Positions 38,597 through 48,854 of a DNA stretch of 64,000 bases are shown piece by piece. How positions within the stretch are numbered: position 1 is the stretch's first letter; every line of letters begins with the position of its first letter. Location of the stretch: contig CAVUKB010000004.1 of assembly GCA_963741955.1 (NCBI GenBank), forward strand, positions 256,001-320,000, in the 5' to 3' direction. The notes below the pieces were generated by a model, which was not told the DNA's origin, searched no databases, and saw nothing but the letters and a program-made list of their open reading frames with translations. This DNA is from an uncultured Acidobacteriota bacterium (GTDB taxonomy: Bacteria; Acidobacteriota; Thermoanaerobaculia; Gp7-AA8). The position numbers and the translations under genes are program-made.

Positions 38597-39310
38597 TCAC
38601 GGAAGGAATCGTTGCGGCGGGACCGATTCGTCGTCGGCGAGCGCGAGCTCTGCGAATGCCCGCAGAAGCTTTCGTTCATCCTCTCCGGCGGTCTCCCATG
38701 AGCGGCACAGCTGGTCGATCTCTTCCTCCCTGAAGGTGGCGGGGAGGGTGAACCCGTCTGCGGGTTGAACAGGTTTGTAGATCGCAGTGCGGTGCCACTT
38801 CCCCTGGGCGTCGAGCCTGAGGCTCAGATAAACGGATGGGTGGACAGACCCTTCGCCGCCTTCGGACTTTTGCGACGACGAGTCGAGGAAAGGGACCGCG
38901 TCTTCCGTGGAGACTCCTCCGGTCCCTTTCGCGTTCGCTTTCTGTATCTCGAGCGCGCGAATGACGTGCGAAGTGATCATCCGCTTCAGGGTGGCGAGCG
39001 AGTTCCCGTCCGCTTCGTCGAGATCGATCCCGACGTGATAGATGCTCGTTCCGGCGGCCTCGCTCAGTGCCGGTTGAAGAGAGCAATGACTGACGGTGCC
39101 CTTGAACGCGATCCGCTCTTCGTCCCACACGAACGCGAGCTCGATCGCGCTCGCCTCCTCCAGTGGGGAGTCGGTCTGGATTCGTGCTCCCAGCAGACCG
39201 ATCTCCAGGAGGAGTGCCGGGCCGACGCCGTATACCGTGGTCTCGATCGGCTCGGGAACTCGGATGCGCTCCGCGCGTCGTCGTTCATCGCGTGACTGAT
39301 CCTCAGCCAT
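38597..39310 (-). CDS. PilZ-domain protein with a C-terminal extension
   Basis: RRAER (RxxxR) and EIGLLG (variant of D/NxSxxG). Confidence 0.75.
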   Translation of the reverse strand: MAEDQSRDERRRAERIRVPEPIETTVYGVGPALLLEIGLLGARIQTDSPLEEASAIELAFVWDEERIAFKGTVSHCSLQPALSEAAGTSIYHVGIDLDEADGNSLATLKRMITSHVIRALEIQKANAKGTGGVSTEDAVPFLDSSSQKSEGGEGSVHPSVYLSLRLDAQGKWHRTAIYKPVQPADGFTLPATFREEEIDQLCRSWETAGEDERKLLRAFAELALADDESVPPQRFLP

Positions 39311-39319
39311 GAGTGAAGT

Positions 39320-40720
39320 TTATACGGAATCCTTCCCTGATGGATGCGATGGGGATATGCCTTCGCGCGCCCGCCGGAAGTAGTCGTTCGATTCGCGTAC
39401 GACCAATCCACTCAGAAGAAGGAGCCCGACGAGATTCGGCAGAGCCATCAATCCATTGAGCACGTCCGAGAGGGTCCACATGAGATTCAGGCTGTAGATC
39501 GCGCCGAAGAAGCTGGCGACGACGAACAGCACGCGATACGGAACGATGGACCAGGTGCCGAGGAGGTATTCGATGCTCTTCTCACCGTAGTAGCTCCATC
39601 CGAGGATCGTCGAGAACGCGAACATGGAGAGTGAGATCGCGACGATCCATCCACCCCAGTTGCCGGGGAGACCATGGCGGAACGCCAGCTGGGTGAGCGG
39701 AGCACCATTCTCACCGGACTGCCATGCCCCGGTCGAGATGATCACGATTCCGGTGAAGGAGCAGACCACGATCGTGTCGATGAACGTCTGGGTCATGGAG
39801 ACCATCGCCTGCCGGGTCGGTTCGCGAGTCTGTGCGGCGGCCGCGGCGATGCCGGCGGAACCGAGTCCGGACTCGTTGGAGAAGATGCCTCGAGCCACGC
39901 CGTAACGGATTCCGGCCCGGAGAGTCGCGCCCGTGAATCCGCCCACCGCCGCCGTTCCGCTGAACGCTTCGTGAAATACCAGCGCGAACGCTGCCGGGAC
40001 GGCGCTCCAGTTCAGGATGATGATGATTCCCGACCCGATCATGTACGCGAGGATCATCACCGGCACGAAGAACCCGGTGAATTTTCCGATCGACTGGATC
40101 CCGCCGAGGATCACCGCTCCGGCGAGAATCGCGATCACCAGCCCGGTGGTCCACTGCGGCACGTTGAACGAGGCGTTCAGCGCATCCGCCACGGAATTGG
40201 ACTGCACCATGTTCCCGATGCCGAACGCAGCACAAGCGGCGAAGAGCGCGAAGAGGAACCCGAGAGGTTTACCGATCACGGGATTGGAGATACCGCGGCT
40301 CAGGTAGTACATCGGTCCGCCCGCCTGCTCCCCCCTTTCGTCGATCACCCGGAATCGGACCGAAAGGAACGCTTCAGAGTACTTGGTGGCCATTCCGACC
40401 AGGCCGGTCATCCACATCCAGAAGAGTGCGCCCGGCCCGCCGAGAGAGATCGCCGTCGCCACCCCGACGATGTTTCCGGTGCCGACGGTCGCGGCGAGCG
40501 CCGTCATCAGAGCCTGGAAATGGGAGATGTCGCCTTCCGCATCGTGATCACGACGGACTACGAAGGCGAGCCAGAGCGAGCCCCAGAGCTTCGTGAACTG
40601 CAGCCCGCGAAGGCGGATGGTGAGATAGAGTCCGGTGAGCAGGAGCAGCGGGATCAGGAGCCATGGCCCCCATACGAAGTCCGAGACGTGGTGCAGAACC
40701 GACAGCAGTGTTCCGGCCAA
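39320..40720 (-). CDS. Sodium:alanine symporter (AGCS family)
   Basis: [43 protein letters not shown]; TTG start after GGAGG. Confidence 0.95.
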   Translation of the reverse strand: MAGTLLSVLHHVSDFVWGPWLLIPLLLLTGLYLTIRLRGLQFTKLWGSLWLAFVVRRDHDAEGDISHFQALMTALAATVGTGNIVGVATAISLGGPGALFWMWMTGLVGMATKYSEAFLSVRFRVIDERGEQAGGPMYYLSRGISNPVIGKPLGFLFALFAACAAFGIGNMVQSNSVADALNASFNVPQWTTGLVIAILAGAVILGGIQSIGKFTGFFVPVMILAYMIGSGIIIILNWSAVPAAFALVFHEAFSGTAAVGGFTGATLRAGIRYGVARGIFSNESGLGSAGIAAAAAQTREPTRQAMVSMTQTFIDTIVVCSFTGIVIISTGAWQSGENGAPLTQLAFRHGLPGNWGGWIVAISLSMFAFSTILGWSYYGEKSIEYLLGTWSIVPYRVLFVVASFFGAIYSLNLMWTLSDVLNGLMALPNLVGLLLLSGLVVRESNDYFRRAREGISPSHPSGKDSV

Positions 40721-40872
40721 TCGCAACCTCCAGTCCAGCGAGCTTCGAAGGAGTCTAGCCGATTCGCCCGCGAAACGGATGACGATCTGCGATCTGAATC
40801 GATTATCGCCTGGATAAACTAATGACATTTTACGTTAGCTTTATATCTCTGGATCCTTCAGGAACCGAGGGA

Positions 40873-40888
40873 CGGTATCGTTCCTGCT
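40873..40888 (+). promoter_or_regulatory. sigma54-type promoter
   Basis: CGGTATCGTTCCTGCT (GG-N10-GC) upstream of the DUF296 gene. Confidence 0.45.
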
Positions 40889-40937
40889 CGTGCTTGGGAC
40901 TCAGACGATCAACCCGAAGAGGGAGGAGGAAAGCCGA

Positions 40938-41381
40938 ATGAAAGAACAGGTTCTGAAGGAGTCCGCGCCGAGGGTTCACCTGCTCGTGTTCGAGATCGAT
41001 GACGAACTGAATGAGACCCTCACGCAATGGGCGCGGCACAACGGCATCCAGGGTGCGCATTTCAAGGCGATCGGAGCGCTGCATCAGGCGACCATCGCGT
41101 ACTGGAACTGGGAGACGAAGAAGTACGAAGACCACCATCTCGACGAGCAGGTGGAAGTCGTCTCTCTGATCGGAAACATCGCCGTGACCGAGGACGGTGA
41201 GACGAAGATGCACGCGCACGTCGTGGTTGGCCGGAGCGATCTGTCGACCCTCGCCGGGCATCTGAAGAGTGCCCGGATTCGTCCCACTCTCGAGCTCGTG
41301 CTGGAGGAATCCGAGTCCGCGATCCGCCGGAAGCACGACGATCGGACGGGGCTGACCCTCATTTCGGTCGAGGGATCGTGA
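40938..41381 (+). CDS. PPC/DUF296 domain protein
   Basis: AIGAL, EVVSLIGN, HAHVV, AGHL, PTLEL; GGAGGAGG RBS. Confidence 0.9.
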   Translation: MKEQVLKESAPRVHLLVFEIDDELNETLTQWARHNGIQGAHFKAIGALHQATIAYWNWETKKYEDHHLDEQVEVVSLIGNIAVTEDGETKMHAHVVVGRSDLSTLAGHLKSARIRPTLELVLEESESAIRRKHDDRTGLTLISVEGS

Positions 41382-41609
41382 GGGACCGGGAGCTTCGCGG
41401 AAGGGTGAAACCGGGTTTTTCGGGTCGTGAGCGGCGCTCCTGCTGTTGCCGAATCGTGAAATCGCCTCGAACGGGTGGCGCTTGAACGCGGGATTTGGTA
41501 AAACGCTGTGAGCGTTTTCTCGCCGGAAACTCGTGCGCATGAAGCGGAAGCGAAACCGCCGTACCGGGCGCGGGCGACGCGCTTTCATCATTCCAGACGG
41601 TAATCTGCT

Positions 41610-43382
41610 GTGGATCTCGGCAAAAGCTGGTCGAAATTCGTCCTCGGTCTGCGGATCGGCGAAAACTTCAGCGCGCTCACGCGACGTTTCATCCTCCTTG
41701 TACTCATTCTCACCGGCGTTCTCTGCGGTCTGATCGCGGTCGTGTTCCACGACATGATCGAGCTCGCACGCGGGCTGCTGATCGGTAGCGCAATGGCCAT
41801 CCCCGGCTATCTGAGAATTCCGGCCATTCTCCTCACTCCCACCGTAGTTGCCGTACTCCTCGCGGTGATCCTGCAGCGCTACGCGCCCCGCACCCGCGGG
41901 GCGAACCTCGCGCGAGTTCGGCGCGCGTACGCCCAGGATCCGTCCGTGCTGGACGGCAAGACCGTGCTGATGACCCTTCTGCTGACGCCGATCTCGCTGG
42001 GAGCCGGAATCCCGCTCGGCCCGGAAGGACCCACCGTCGTCGTCGCGAGCGGAGCTTCGGTTTACCTGGCCAAACTGCTCCGGTTGCCGAAGAAGATCGT
42101 CAGGGGGATGATCCCCGTCGGCACGGCGGCCGGCATTGCCGCGATCTTCAACACTCCCATCACCGGGGTGGTCTTCGCGCTGGAGGAAGTGCTCGGAACC
42201 ACGAGCCGCGGACTGCTCGGTGGCACCATCGTCGCCGCAGTCGCCGCAGCAGTGGTCGAGCGGCTGCTGCAGGGAGGGAGGCCACTTCTTCCGGCGCCCA
42301 TGGCGACATGGCACGACGTGCGTGAGCTGATCGGCTTCGCTCTCGTTGGTGTCGTCGCGGGTCTCGTCTCCGGCCTCTCCACACTCGCGGTCGACAAACT
42401 CCGCACGAAGGTCACGAAACAGATCCAGTCTCCGATCTTCCGGGCGGCGGCGGGAGGGCTCGCGGTCGGCCTCTTCGGCCTGATGGTCCCCGACATCTTC
42501 GGCGTCGGCTACGACATGACCAGCGGATTTCTCCATGGCGAGCAGTCACTGGGGATCTCGGCGGCAGCGTTCGCAATGAAGACCATTGCGTTCATCGTCT
42601 CCCTCGCCACCGGTCTGCTCGGAGGGACGTTCGCTCCCTCGCTCTTCATCGGCGCATCCCTCGGCGCGACGGTCGGGCACCTCGCGCAAATGCAGCTCAA
42701 CGGCTCCATCCAGCCCGGCGCGTATGCACTGGTCGGGATGGGCGCGTTTTTCGCCGGGACACTCCGGTGTCCCATCGCTTCGCTCCTCATCGTCTTCGAG
42801 CTCACCGGTGACTACGGCTTGATCCTTCCGCTGATGCTCGCCGTCGCGCTCTCGATCTCGATCTCCCGGAAGCTCGCGCCGCTGAGTCTCACCGAGCGCC
42901 AGCTTCTCCAGGAGGGGTATCGCGAAGAAGAGCACTCTGCCAGCGATCCGCTTGCGACGCTCGCCGTCAGCGACGTGATGACGAGGGATCCGGTGGCGTT
43001 GCGCGAAGACATGACTCTGCTCGAAGCCGCACGCTTCGTCGCCGGAACCAAGCACCACTTCTACCCGGTGGTCAACGACCTGCGGAGATTCGTCGGGCTC
43101 CTGTCGAGCGATCAGATCGACTCGGCCGCGCGCGAGGGGACGCTCGAAGAGCGGGTGGGGGATCACGTCGAAAAGCCACCGCTCGTTTCGAAAGCGAACG
43201 AGAGCGTTCGCGAGATGATCTGGAGCATGGCCCAGAAGGGTGTCGATCGCTGTCCGGTGGTCGCGGGAGACGGTTCGGGCGTGCTGGTCGGGATCGTCGG
43301 GCCGGCCGACCTGCTCCACGCGAGGATGAAACGAGCACGGCAGTCGGACACTCTGGAGACGGAGCTCGACGTTCTCGGCTGA
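41610..43382 (+). CDS. ClC-family chloride channel/antiporter with a CBS pair
   Basis: LGPEGP, FNTPITG, FALEE, GGTFAPSL; CBS VSDVMTRDP. Confidence 0.93.
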   Translation: MDLGKSWSKFVLGLRIGENFSALTRRFILLVLILTGVLCGLIAVVFHDMIELARGLLIGSAMAIPGYLRIPAILLTPTVVAVLLAVILQRYAPRTRGANLARVRRAYAQDPSVLDGKTVLMTLLLTPISLGAGIPLGPEGPTVVVASGASVYLAKLLRLPKKIVRGMIPVGTAAGIAAIFNTPITGVVFALEEVLGTTSRGLLGGTIVAAVAAAVVERLLQGGRPLLPAPMATWHDVRELIGFALVGVVAGLVSGLSTLAVDKLRTKVTKQIQSPIFRAAAGGLAVGLFGLMVPDIFGVGYDMTSGFLHGEQSLGISAAAFAMKTIAFIVSLATGLLGGTFAPSLFIGASLGATVGHLAQMQLNGSIQPGAYALVGMGAFFAGTLRCPIASLLIVFELTGDYGLILPLMLAVALSISISRKLAPLSLTERQLLQEGYREEEHSASDPLATLAVSDVMTRDPVALREDMTLLEAARFVAGTKHHFYPVVNDLRRFVGLLSSDQIDSAAREGTLEERVGDHVEKPPLVSKANESVREMIWSMAQKGVDRCPVVAGDGSGVLVGIVGPADLLHARMKRARQSDTLETELDVLG

Positions 43383-43408
43383 TGCCTGAGGTGGGAAGCT
43401 CCACCGCA
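43209..43408 (+). repeat. Direct repeat, copy 1 (3' end of the ClC gene and flank)
   Basis: Aligns by eye with 45964-46139. Confidence 0.92.
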
Positions 43409-43721
43409 CCTGCGGCTGGCCAGTGACAGGAGATCCGATCGGAGGGGCGACTCGCCCACAAGCCGGCGTGGTCTGGTTCCTGCGGGTAGCGTCACGTCAG
43501 CGCCTTCTGAACTCTGACGGACAGCACAATCGAGGAACAACGCTGCCTCTTCTGTTTTCGCGTCACGCTGAAGCGTGACCGCTGACCGCTGACTATTGAC
43601 CCAGCCACCCGACCGGCATATCATCCGCCACGACATACTGACGCGTTCGGTTGCGGAGAAACCCGATTGATGGACCAAGACGCGGCACGAATGCGAAATT
43701 ACTCTACCACAGGAGAGTCGT

Positions 43722-45080
43722 GTGAGATTCCCAAGAAGCCTATGGATCAACAGAATGCTCTTTATCGCCTTCTCGATGTCACTTGCCACAGGAACATTCG
43801 CGGCTGACAAATTTGTCCGGGGCCACAATCCGGTACCAGGGCGGTATATGGTTCGCCTAGTCGATCATCTTCCGGACAACGTTAGTGTCGATTCCGTCGC
43901 GCGGACTTTAGTCCCCACCAACCATGGGCGAATTCGGATGACGTGGTCGAAGGCGCTGAACGGATTCGTCGTCGAGACGAGTGAGCAAGATGCCATCGCA
44001 CTGAGCAAGCACCCATTGGTAGAATTCGTCGAAGAAGACGAGATCGTGCAAGTGGCGACCGTGCAATCGATTCCTTCCGGGCCACTCGTGCAAGAGGCAC
44101 CGGCGACTATGTGGTATCTCGATCGGATCGATCAAGCCGCGCCGACGGCACCACGAACGAACGGATCGTACTGGTACTGCACGACCGGTCAAGGAGTCCG
44201 TATCTATATCGTCGATACCGGGGTGCTCGACATTCACCCGGATCTGCTCTGGGGTAACGGCTCTTCACGCGTCACCGAAGTTCCTGAGTTGGTGGCCTAC
44301 CTCAAGTCTCGCGGCGAATACCTACTGAAAAGCCAATGCTGGACCACGTTCGAGCTCGGTCCCGATGCAAGTCACGGTACGGCTGTTGCGGGCTTCGCCG
44401 CTGGGACGACATTCGGAGTCGCCAAGCTGGCGACCATCGCCGACTGGCGAACTTTCAATTGTTCCGGACAGCAGGTGGCATCGTACATCGTCGATTCCCT
44501 TAACTACATTCCTCAAGACCCGCACTGGTTAGGTGAGCCACGCGTCGTGAACTGCAGTTTCGCTGCGCCGCAATTCGCGATGATCTCGGCCGCCGCGGAC
44601 GGCCTCGTAACCAACTACGGGATGACGGTCGTCGTTGCCGCCGGGAACGAGAACTCCGATACTCTCCTGTTTTCGCCAGCCGGTGGCGGCCACGTCATCA
44701 CGGTGGGAGGCTTGGCGCAAGCCACGGATACACGGTGGCAGTATTCGAACTACCGTGTCGACCTCTACGCGCCTGCTCAGTGGGTGGAAGGAATAAGCAC
44801 ATCAATTAGAGCTCTCTTTCCGCAGCTCGATCACGACAAGTATCGCAGCGAATTGGCCCAGTGTTACAGCTATCCGCAAGACGGTTGTACGTCCGGGACT
44901 TCTTTCGCGTCGCCCATCGTGGCTGGTCTCGCGGCACGCTATCTCCAGCTCCACCATTCGGCCACGGCTGCCGACGTTCTGAATTACCTCGAGAGCCAGG
45001 CATCTTCGCACGTGAACCTACTCGTGTCCGATCCGGTGGGGAGCGCACCCATCGCGAACACGTATGACTGCAGTCAGTGA
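43722..45080 (+). CDS. Secreted S8 subtilase (aqualysin/proteinase K-like) with I9 propeptide
   Basis: YIVDTG, SHGT, AAGN, GTSFASP; start may instead be the ATG at 43755. Confidence 0.92.
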   Translation: MRFPRSLWINRMLFIAFSMSLATGTFAADKFVRGHNPVPGRYMVRLVDHLPDNVSVDSVARTLVPTNHGRIRMTWSKALNGFVVETSEQDAIALSKHPLVEFVEEDEIVQVATVQSIPSGPLVQEAPATMWYLDRIDQAAPTAPRTNGSYWYCTTGQGVRIYIVDTGVLDIHPDLLWGNGSSRVTEVPELVAYLKSRGEYLLKSQCWTTFELGPDASHGTAVAGFAAGTTFGVAKLATIADWRTFNCSGQQVASYIVDSLNYIPQDPHWLGEPRVVNCSFAAPQFAMISAAADGLVTNYGMTVVVAAGNENSDTLLFSPAGGGHVITVGGLAQATDTRWQYSNYRVDLYAPAQWVEGISTSIRALFPQLDHDKYRSELAQCYSYPQDGCTSGTSFASPIVAGLAARYLQLHHSATAADVLNYLESQASSHVNLLVSDPVGSAPIANTYDCSQ

Positions 45081-45092
45081 GGTGATCCGGCT

Positions 45093-45854
45093 ATGCGAAC
45101 GCCGATATTTCTTGCAGTCCTTTCACTCCTTGTCGCAGGAACGCTCAGTGCGCAAACCCCAGGAAGCCAGGAACGAATCCTGATTCCAGTCGCCTCTGAC
45201 CGACTGATATCCGGAGGATACGGATCTCTTTGGGAAACGACGCTCGTCGGGAGGAACGACTCGGATCAATATGTGAAGGTGGCTGTGGATTCGATATGCT
45301 ATTTCGAGTGTCCGACGCCGCCTGCCCAGGCGCACTCGACCTTCACGGTCTACCTCCCATCGGACGGTCGCGGACTTTTCTTGTATGTCGATCGCCCCGG
45401 GAATGCCGAGGTCTCATTCCAGCTGCGCCTCCAGGACGTCTCGCGTCAGGCGGAGACGTGGGGCACGTCGCTCCCGGTGGTTCGAGAGCGGGACACGTTC
45501 AGCGGGACGCTCGAGCTCTTGAACGTGCCGACGGATGCACGCTTTCGATCGACATTGCGCGTCTACGACTTCGCGGTTCGTTTCAAGAGCCAGGTGACCG
45601 TGCGATTCTATAATATGGACTCCGACGAGCTTTTGCTGCAATTGCCCTTGACGCTGGCGACCCACGAAGCCTCTCTTGCTCCACAGGCGCTACTGATCGA
45701 TCTTCCACTCGCGTACCCGGAACTGGCCAGCGCGGAGAACCTGCGCATTACAATCGACCCGGCCACTCCAGGAATGCAGTTCTGGGCCTTCGTGAGCGTG
45801 ACGAACAACGCGACGCAGCACGTCACGATGGTTCTCCCGGATAATCCGCGATAA
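45093..45854 (+). CDS. Secreted beta-rich hypothetical protein
   Basis: Signal peptide; ERILIPV, GGYGSLWET, WAFVSVTNNATQHVT; GAGG RBS. Confidence 0.8.
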   Translation: MRTPIFLAVLSLLVAGTLSAQTPGSQERILIPVASDRLISGGYGSLWETTLVGRNDSDQYVKVAVDSICYFECPTPPAQAHSTFTVYLPSDGRGLFLYVDRPGNAEVSFQLRLQDVSRQAETWGTSLPVVRERDTFSGTLELLNVPTDARFRSTLRVYDFAVRFKSQVTVRFYNMDSDELLLQLPLTLATHEASLAPQALLIDLPLAYPELASAENLRITIDPATPGMQFWAFVSVTNNATQHVTMVLPDNPR

Positions 45855-45963
45855 TGCAGCCCCGAAGCAGATTCGCTCGATCGTGAGCTGCCGAAGTCCG
45901 TCGTGCCTCGGAAACGAATACGGGCACTGCGAACTTCGCCTTCGTGGTCCTTTACGGAGCCTC

Positions 45964-46139
45964 CGCGAGATGATGCGGAGCATGGCCCGGAAGGTGGTCG
46001 CGGGAGACGGTTCCGGCGTGCTGGTCGGGATCGTCGGGCCGGCCGACCTGCTCCAGCCTGAATGAAACGAGCACGGCAATCGGAAACTCTGGAGACGGAG
46101 CTCGACGTCCTCGGCTGAACGGGGCGAAGCTCCATCGCA
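45964..46139 (+). pseudogene. Degenerate duplicate of the ClC gene 3' end (direct repeat, copy 2)
   Basis: Encodes VVAGDGSGVLVGIVGPADLL; has an 18-bp deletion and a 1-bp indel relative to copy 1. Confidence 0.9.
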
Positions 46140-46234
46140 TCCCGGCGATGAAGCTCCGCGACCGACTGGACGGCCGCTGCGCCCCCCTGAACCGCGCCTC
46201 CCCAGCGTCCCGCCGTTTCTTGTACGAGTTTGTC

Positions 46235-47293
46235 CTACCGGTTTACCAGCGAAAGTTCTATTTGTCCATCCCCCGAATGGGTGAGACGAAGATTTTTTTT
46301 CGCATGAGCTCGCTTGCGGGGTACGGCATGGGCGGGCTTGCGGAGAGGGGTCGAAGACGCTGGGATGCGGCTCAGGACCCTGTGGATGAGCTCGGACCGC
46401 CCCCGGCAACGCACTTTCCGGAGGATCCTCGAAGCGTGAGTTTTCACCGTCTCGATCCCGATCGCGAGGGTTCGGGCGATCTCGCCGTTGCTCATCCCTC
46501 TGACAATCAGATGGAGAATCTCCCGCTCGCGCGGCGTCAGCTCCGCGAGGTGACGCCCGAGCTCATCCGCCGGCTCGATCACGATGTGCGCCAGTTGTGG
46601 AGAGAACGGATTTCGGCCGGCGAGAAGCATCCGAACCCGCAGCACGTCAACTCCGGCGTCGAGCGTCTGCATGGGCGTGAGGAGCCAACGGCCAACCGGC
46701 ATCCGGGTGGCGTTCCGGAGCATCTCTCCGAGGCGTTCCACCACCGCCGAGGACGAGATCTGTTCGAGAGATCCCCTTCTTCCGGCGCGAAGTCTTTCGC
46801 GCGCGGCGGGAGTGGCGAAAATGCATTCGCCATTCGCGGAGAGCGTGATCACCGCCGGATCGGCCCATCCGATCTCTTCCGGCGTGGTCGTCTCCCGAAG
46901 CCGGCGTGCCATCAGCTCCTCCAGCGAGGGGAGGAACAGGAGCGCTGCCCTCGCGGCTGCATCGAGATCGCCGGCCGCGAGGTGCTCGATCATCTCCGAG
47001 CGCGACATCTCGGAGAGAAGCGGGTCGTCGCTGCGGCAGAGGCAGAGGTGACGAAGTCGCTGGGCACGAACTGTCGCTTCTCTGATCGCATCGATTCCGA
47101 GCACTTCGCACAGCTCGCGCTGATCGAGCGCTCCGACGATGCGACCGGCGCGGCGCTCGAATTCCTTCCAGCACCGAAGATCACGACCACTCCGCTCGAG
47201 CAGATTCGCCATCCGGACCAGATCGACCACCGCCGTGATCGCAACAGGGCAGCGGACGGCATCGCATTTCACAGCCGCGGGCGCACTCTTCAT
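46235..47293 (-). CDS. LuxR-family HTH transcriptional regulator
   Basis: LTPREREILHLIVRGMSNGEIA...TVKTHASRILRK; GAGGTG RBS. Confidence 0.85.
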   Translation of the reverse strand: MKSAPAAVKCDAVRCPVAITAVVDLVRMANLLERSGRDLRCWKEFERRAGRIVGALDQRELCEVLGIDAIREATVRAQRLRHLCLCRSDDPLLSEMSRSEMIEHLAAGDLDAAARAALLFLPSLEELMARRLRETTTPEEIGWADPAVITLSANGECIFATPAARERLRAGRRGSLEQISSSAVVERLGEMLRNATRMPVGRWLLTPMQTLDAGVDVLRVRMLLAGRNPFSPQLAHIVIEPADELGRHLAELTPREREILHLIVRGMSNGEIARTLAIGIETVKTHASRILRKVRCRGRSELIHRVLSRIPASSTPLRKPAHAVPRKRAHAKKNLRLTHSGDGQIELSLVNR

Positions 47294-47510
47294 GATTCAC
47301 CTCTCGCATGAGGAGTGTCTGAGCGGAGGAAAGTCCTACCCCCCCGTTGGCCCGCGATCGCGCACGTGTCGTGATCTGCGCGGCGGATTACGAATCTGCA
47401 CTCCACACCCCGAACGTGATCTTGCCGAGGAGTGCGGACTCGTGGACCACCGCGTGGATGGTGTTGTACGCGATGAAGAGGGAGGCTGCGGCTCTCGCGG
47501 AGCGTTCGTA

Positions 47511-48854
47511 CTAACCCTCCGGAGGGGGCGGTGCGAAGAGAAGTTCCGGTTGACGCGGAAGGCGCTCGAGATACGTTCGAACATGGCGCACCAGGTGAGG
47601 CGTCGCTTTTCCGGCTTCTGCCGCTTCGCGGAGGTAGGAGCATGCGGTGGTCGCGTTCCTGAGCTGACCGATTCTCGAGAAGAGGTCGACCAATTCTCTG
47701 CAGATCGGGACGAGATCGAGGTTCCGCCCGGTGGAGAGAGAGATCTCCACGCGATCGAGCGTCACCAGACCGGCGTCACTGACCAGTCCGAGTCGCTCGA
47801 ACTCTTCCCCGGTGCGTTCGAGGAGTGCCAGCGCCTCGTCCACGTGACCGGTGGCCATCCGGAGCCGGGCGAGACCCCAGTCGACCCGGAGCTTTTCGGA
47901 GTGGAGTCCCATCTCTTCGAGCAGCGGGATGGCTTCGAGAAACGCGCCCGCAGCGGCCTCGGGACGGCCGAGCTGTTCCTCGCAATGCGCGAAGTTGTTC
48001 AGAAGAAGTGGAAGGATCGCGAGATCGTTCCTTCGGCGCGCGTCGGCGATCAGTTCAAGGAAGCCGTCGCGCGCGGCGGAAAGATTTCCTTCCTTGAACC
48101 TGCAGTCGGCGAGCATCAGCCGCGCCTGCGCAGCGCGACTCTCGTCGCCGTACCGCCTGAACGTCTCGAGACTCCTGCGGGCGAGCTCCGCTGCGCCGTG
48201 GATCCGGTCGATGGCGAGGAACACGGTCGCGCGTCCGAGATCGACGATCGCGATGTGGAAGTCGGAGGCGGGAGTTCGCAGCCACGCTTCTTCCGCGCGG
48301 TCGAACGATTCGAGTGCTTCTAGATAACGGTCGAGCAGGCGGAGAGCGTTCGCACGTTCTTTCCACGACTGCCCCACGAGAGTGTCGGCAACGATCGGGT
48401 TCCATCCGTGAGCCGTTGCTTTCGGGATCATTTCCAGCGCCAGATCGCATGCCGAGAGCGAGCGTGCCGGATCGACGGTGAAGTTCCTTCTCGCAAACGC
48501 CAGGAGCTCGGAGACGGTCGCGGGGTGGGCGAATGACGGGTCGGTGTGGACCTCGCGCTTCCACGACTCGCCCGGCTGGTCGAGGATCTTCTTCAGGCGC
48601 GCCGCGGCCTCGATGTGGCCGGATTCGAGACGCGACGAGAACTCGACCAGTTCAGCGATTCTCCGCCTGGAGGGATGAAATTCAGGATGCGCCTTCCAGC
48701 TCTCCGGGTCGGAAAGCGATTCGAAGAGAGTACGCAACTGGGCGGTGGCCTTGCCGCACTCGGGACACGAGGCGACGTGGGCCGCGAGATCCCGATCGGA
48801 CGCGCCTCTCTCGACGAACGCAATCAGTGCGTCTTCGCCGGGGCAGCGCTTCAT
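47511..48854 (-). CDS. Putative anti-sigma factor: zinc finger (HxxxCxxC) plus TPR-like repeats
   Basis: HVASCPEC near the N-terminus, helical TPR-like body; ATGA overlap with the sigma gene. Confidence 0.75.
   Translation of the reverse strand: MKRCPGEDALIAFVERGASDRDLAAHVASCPECGKATAQLRTLFESLSDPESWKAHPEFHPSRRRIAELVEFSSRLESGHIEAAARLKKILDQPGESWKREVHTDPSFAHPATVSELLAFARRNFTVDPARSLSACDLALEMIPKATAHGWNPIVADTLVGQSWKERANALRLLDRYLEALESFDRAEEAWLRTPASDFHIAIVDLGRATVFLAIDRIHGAAELARRSLETFRRYGDESRAAQARLMLADCRFKEGNLSAARDGFLELIADARRRNDLAILPLLLNNFAHCEEQLGRPEAAAGAFLEAIPLLEEMGLHSEKLRVDWGLARLRMATGHVDEALALLERTGEEFERLGLVSDAGLVTLDRVEISLSTGRNLDLVPICRELVDLFSRIGQLRNATTACSYLREAAEAGKATPHLVRHVRTYLERLPRQPELLFAPPPPEG

Noticed and set aside
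40721-40890. Glycine riboswitch upstream of the alanine symporter
   Set aside because: The conserved GGAGA/CCGAAG/CTCTCAGG elements are not visible.
41382-41609. Fluoride riboswitch upstream of the ClC gene
   Set aside because: No recognisable crcB-motif core.
43209-46139. DGR template/variable repeat pair
   Set aside because: Differences are not adenine-specific and include indels; no reverse transcriptase is in the window.
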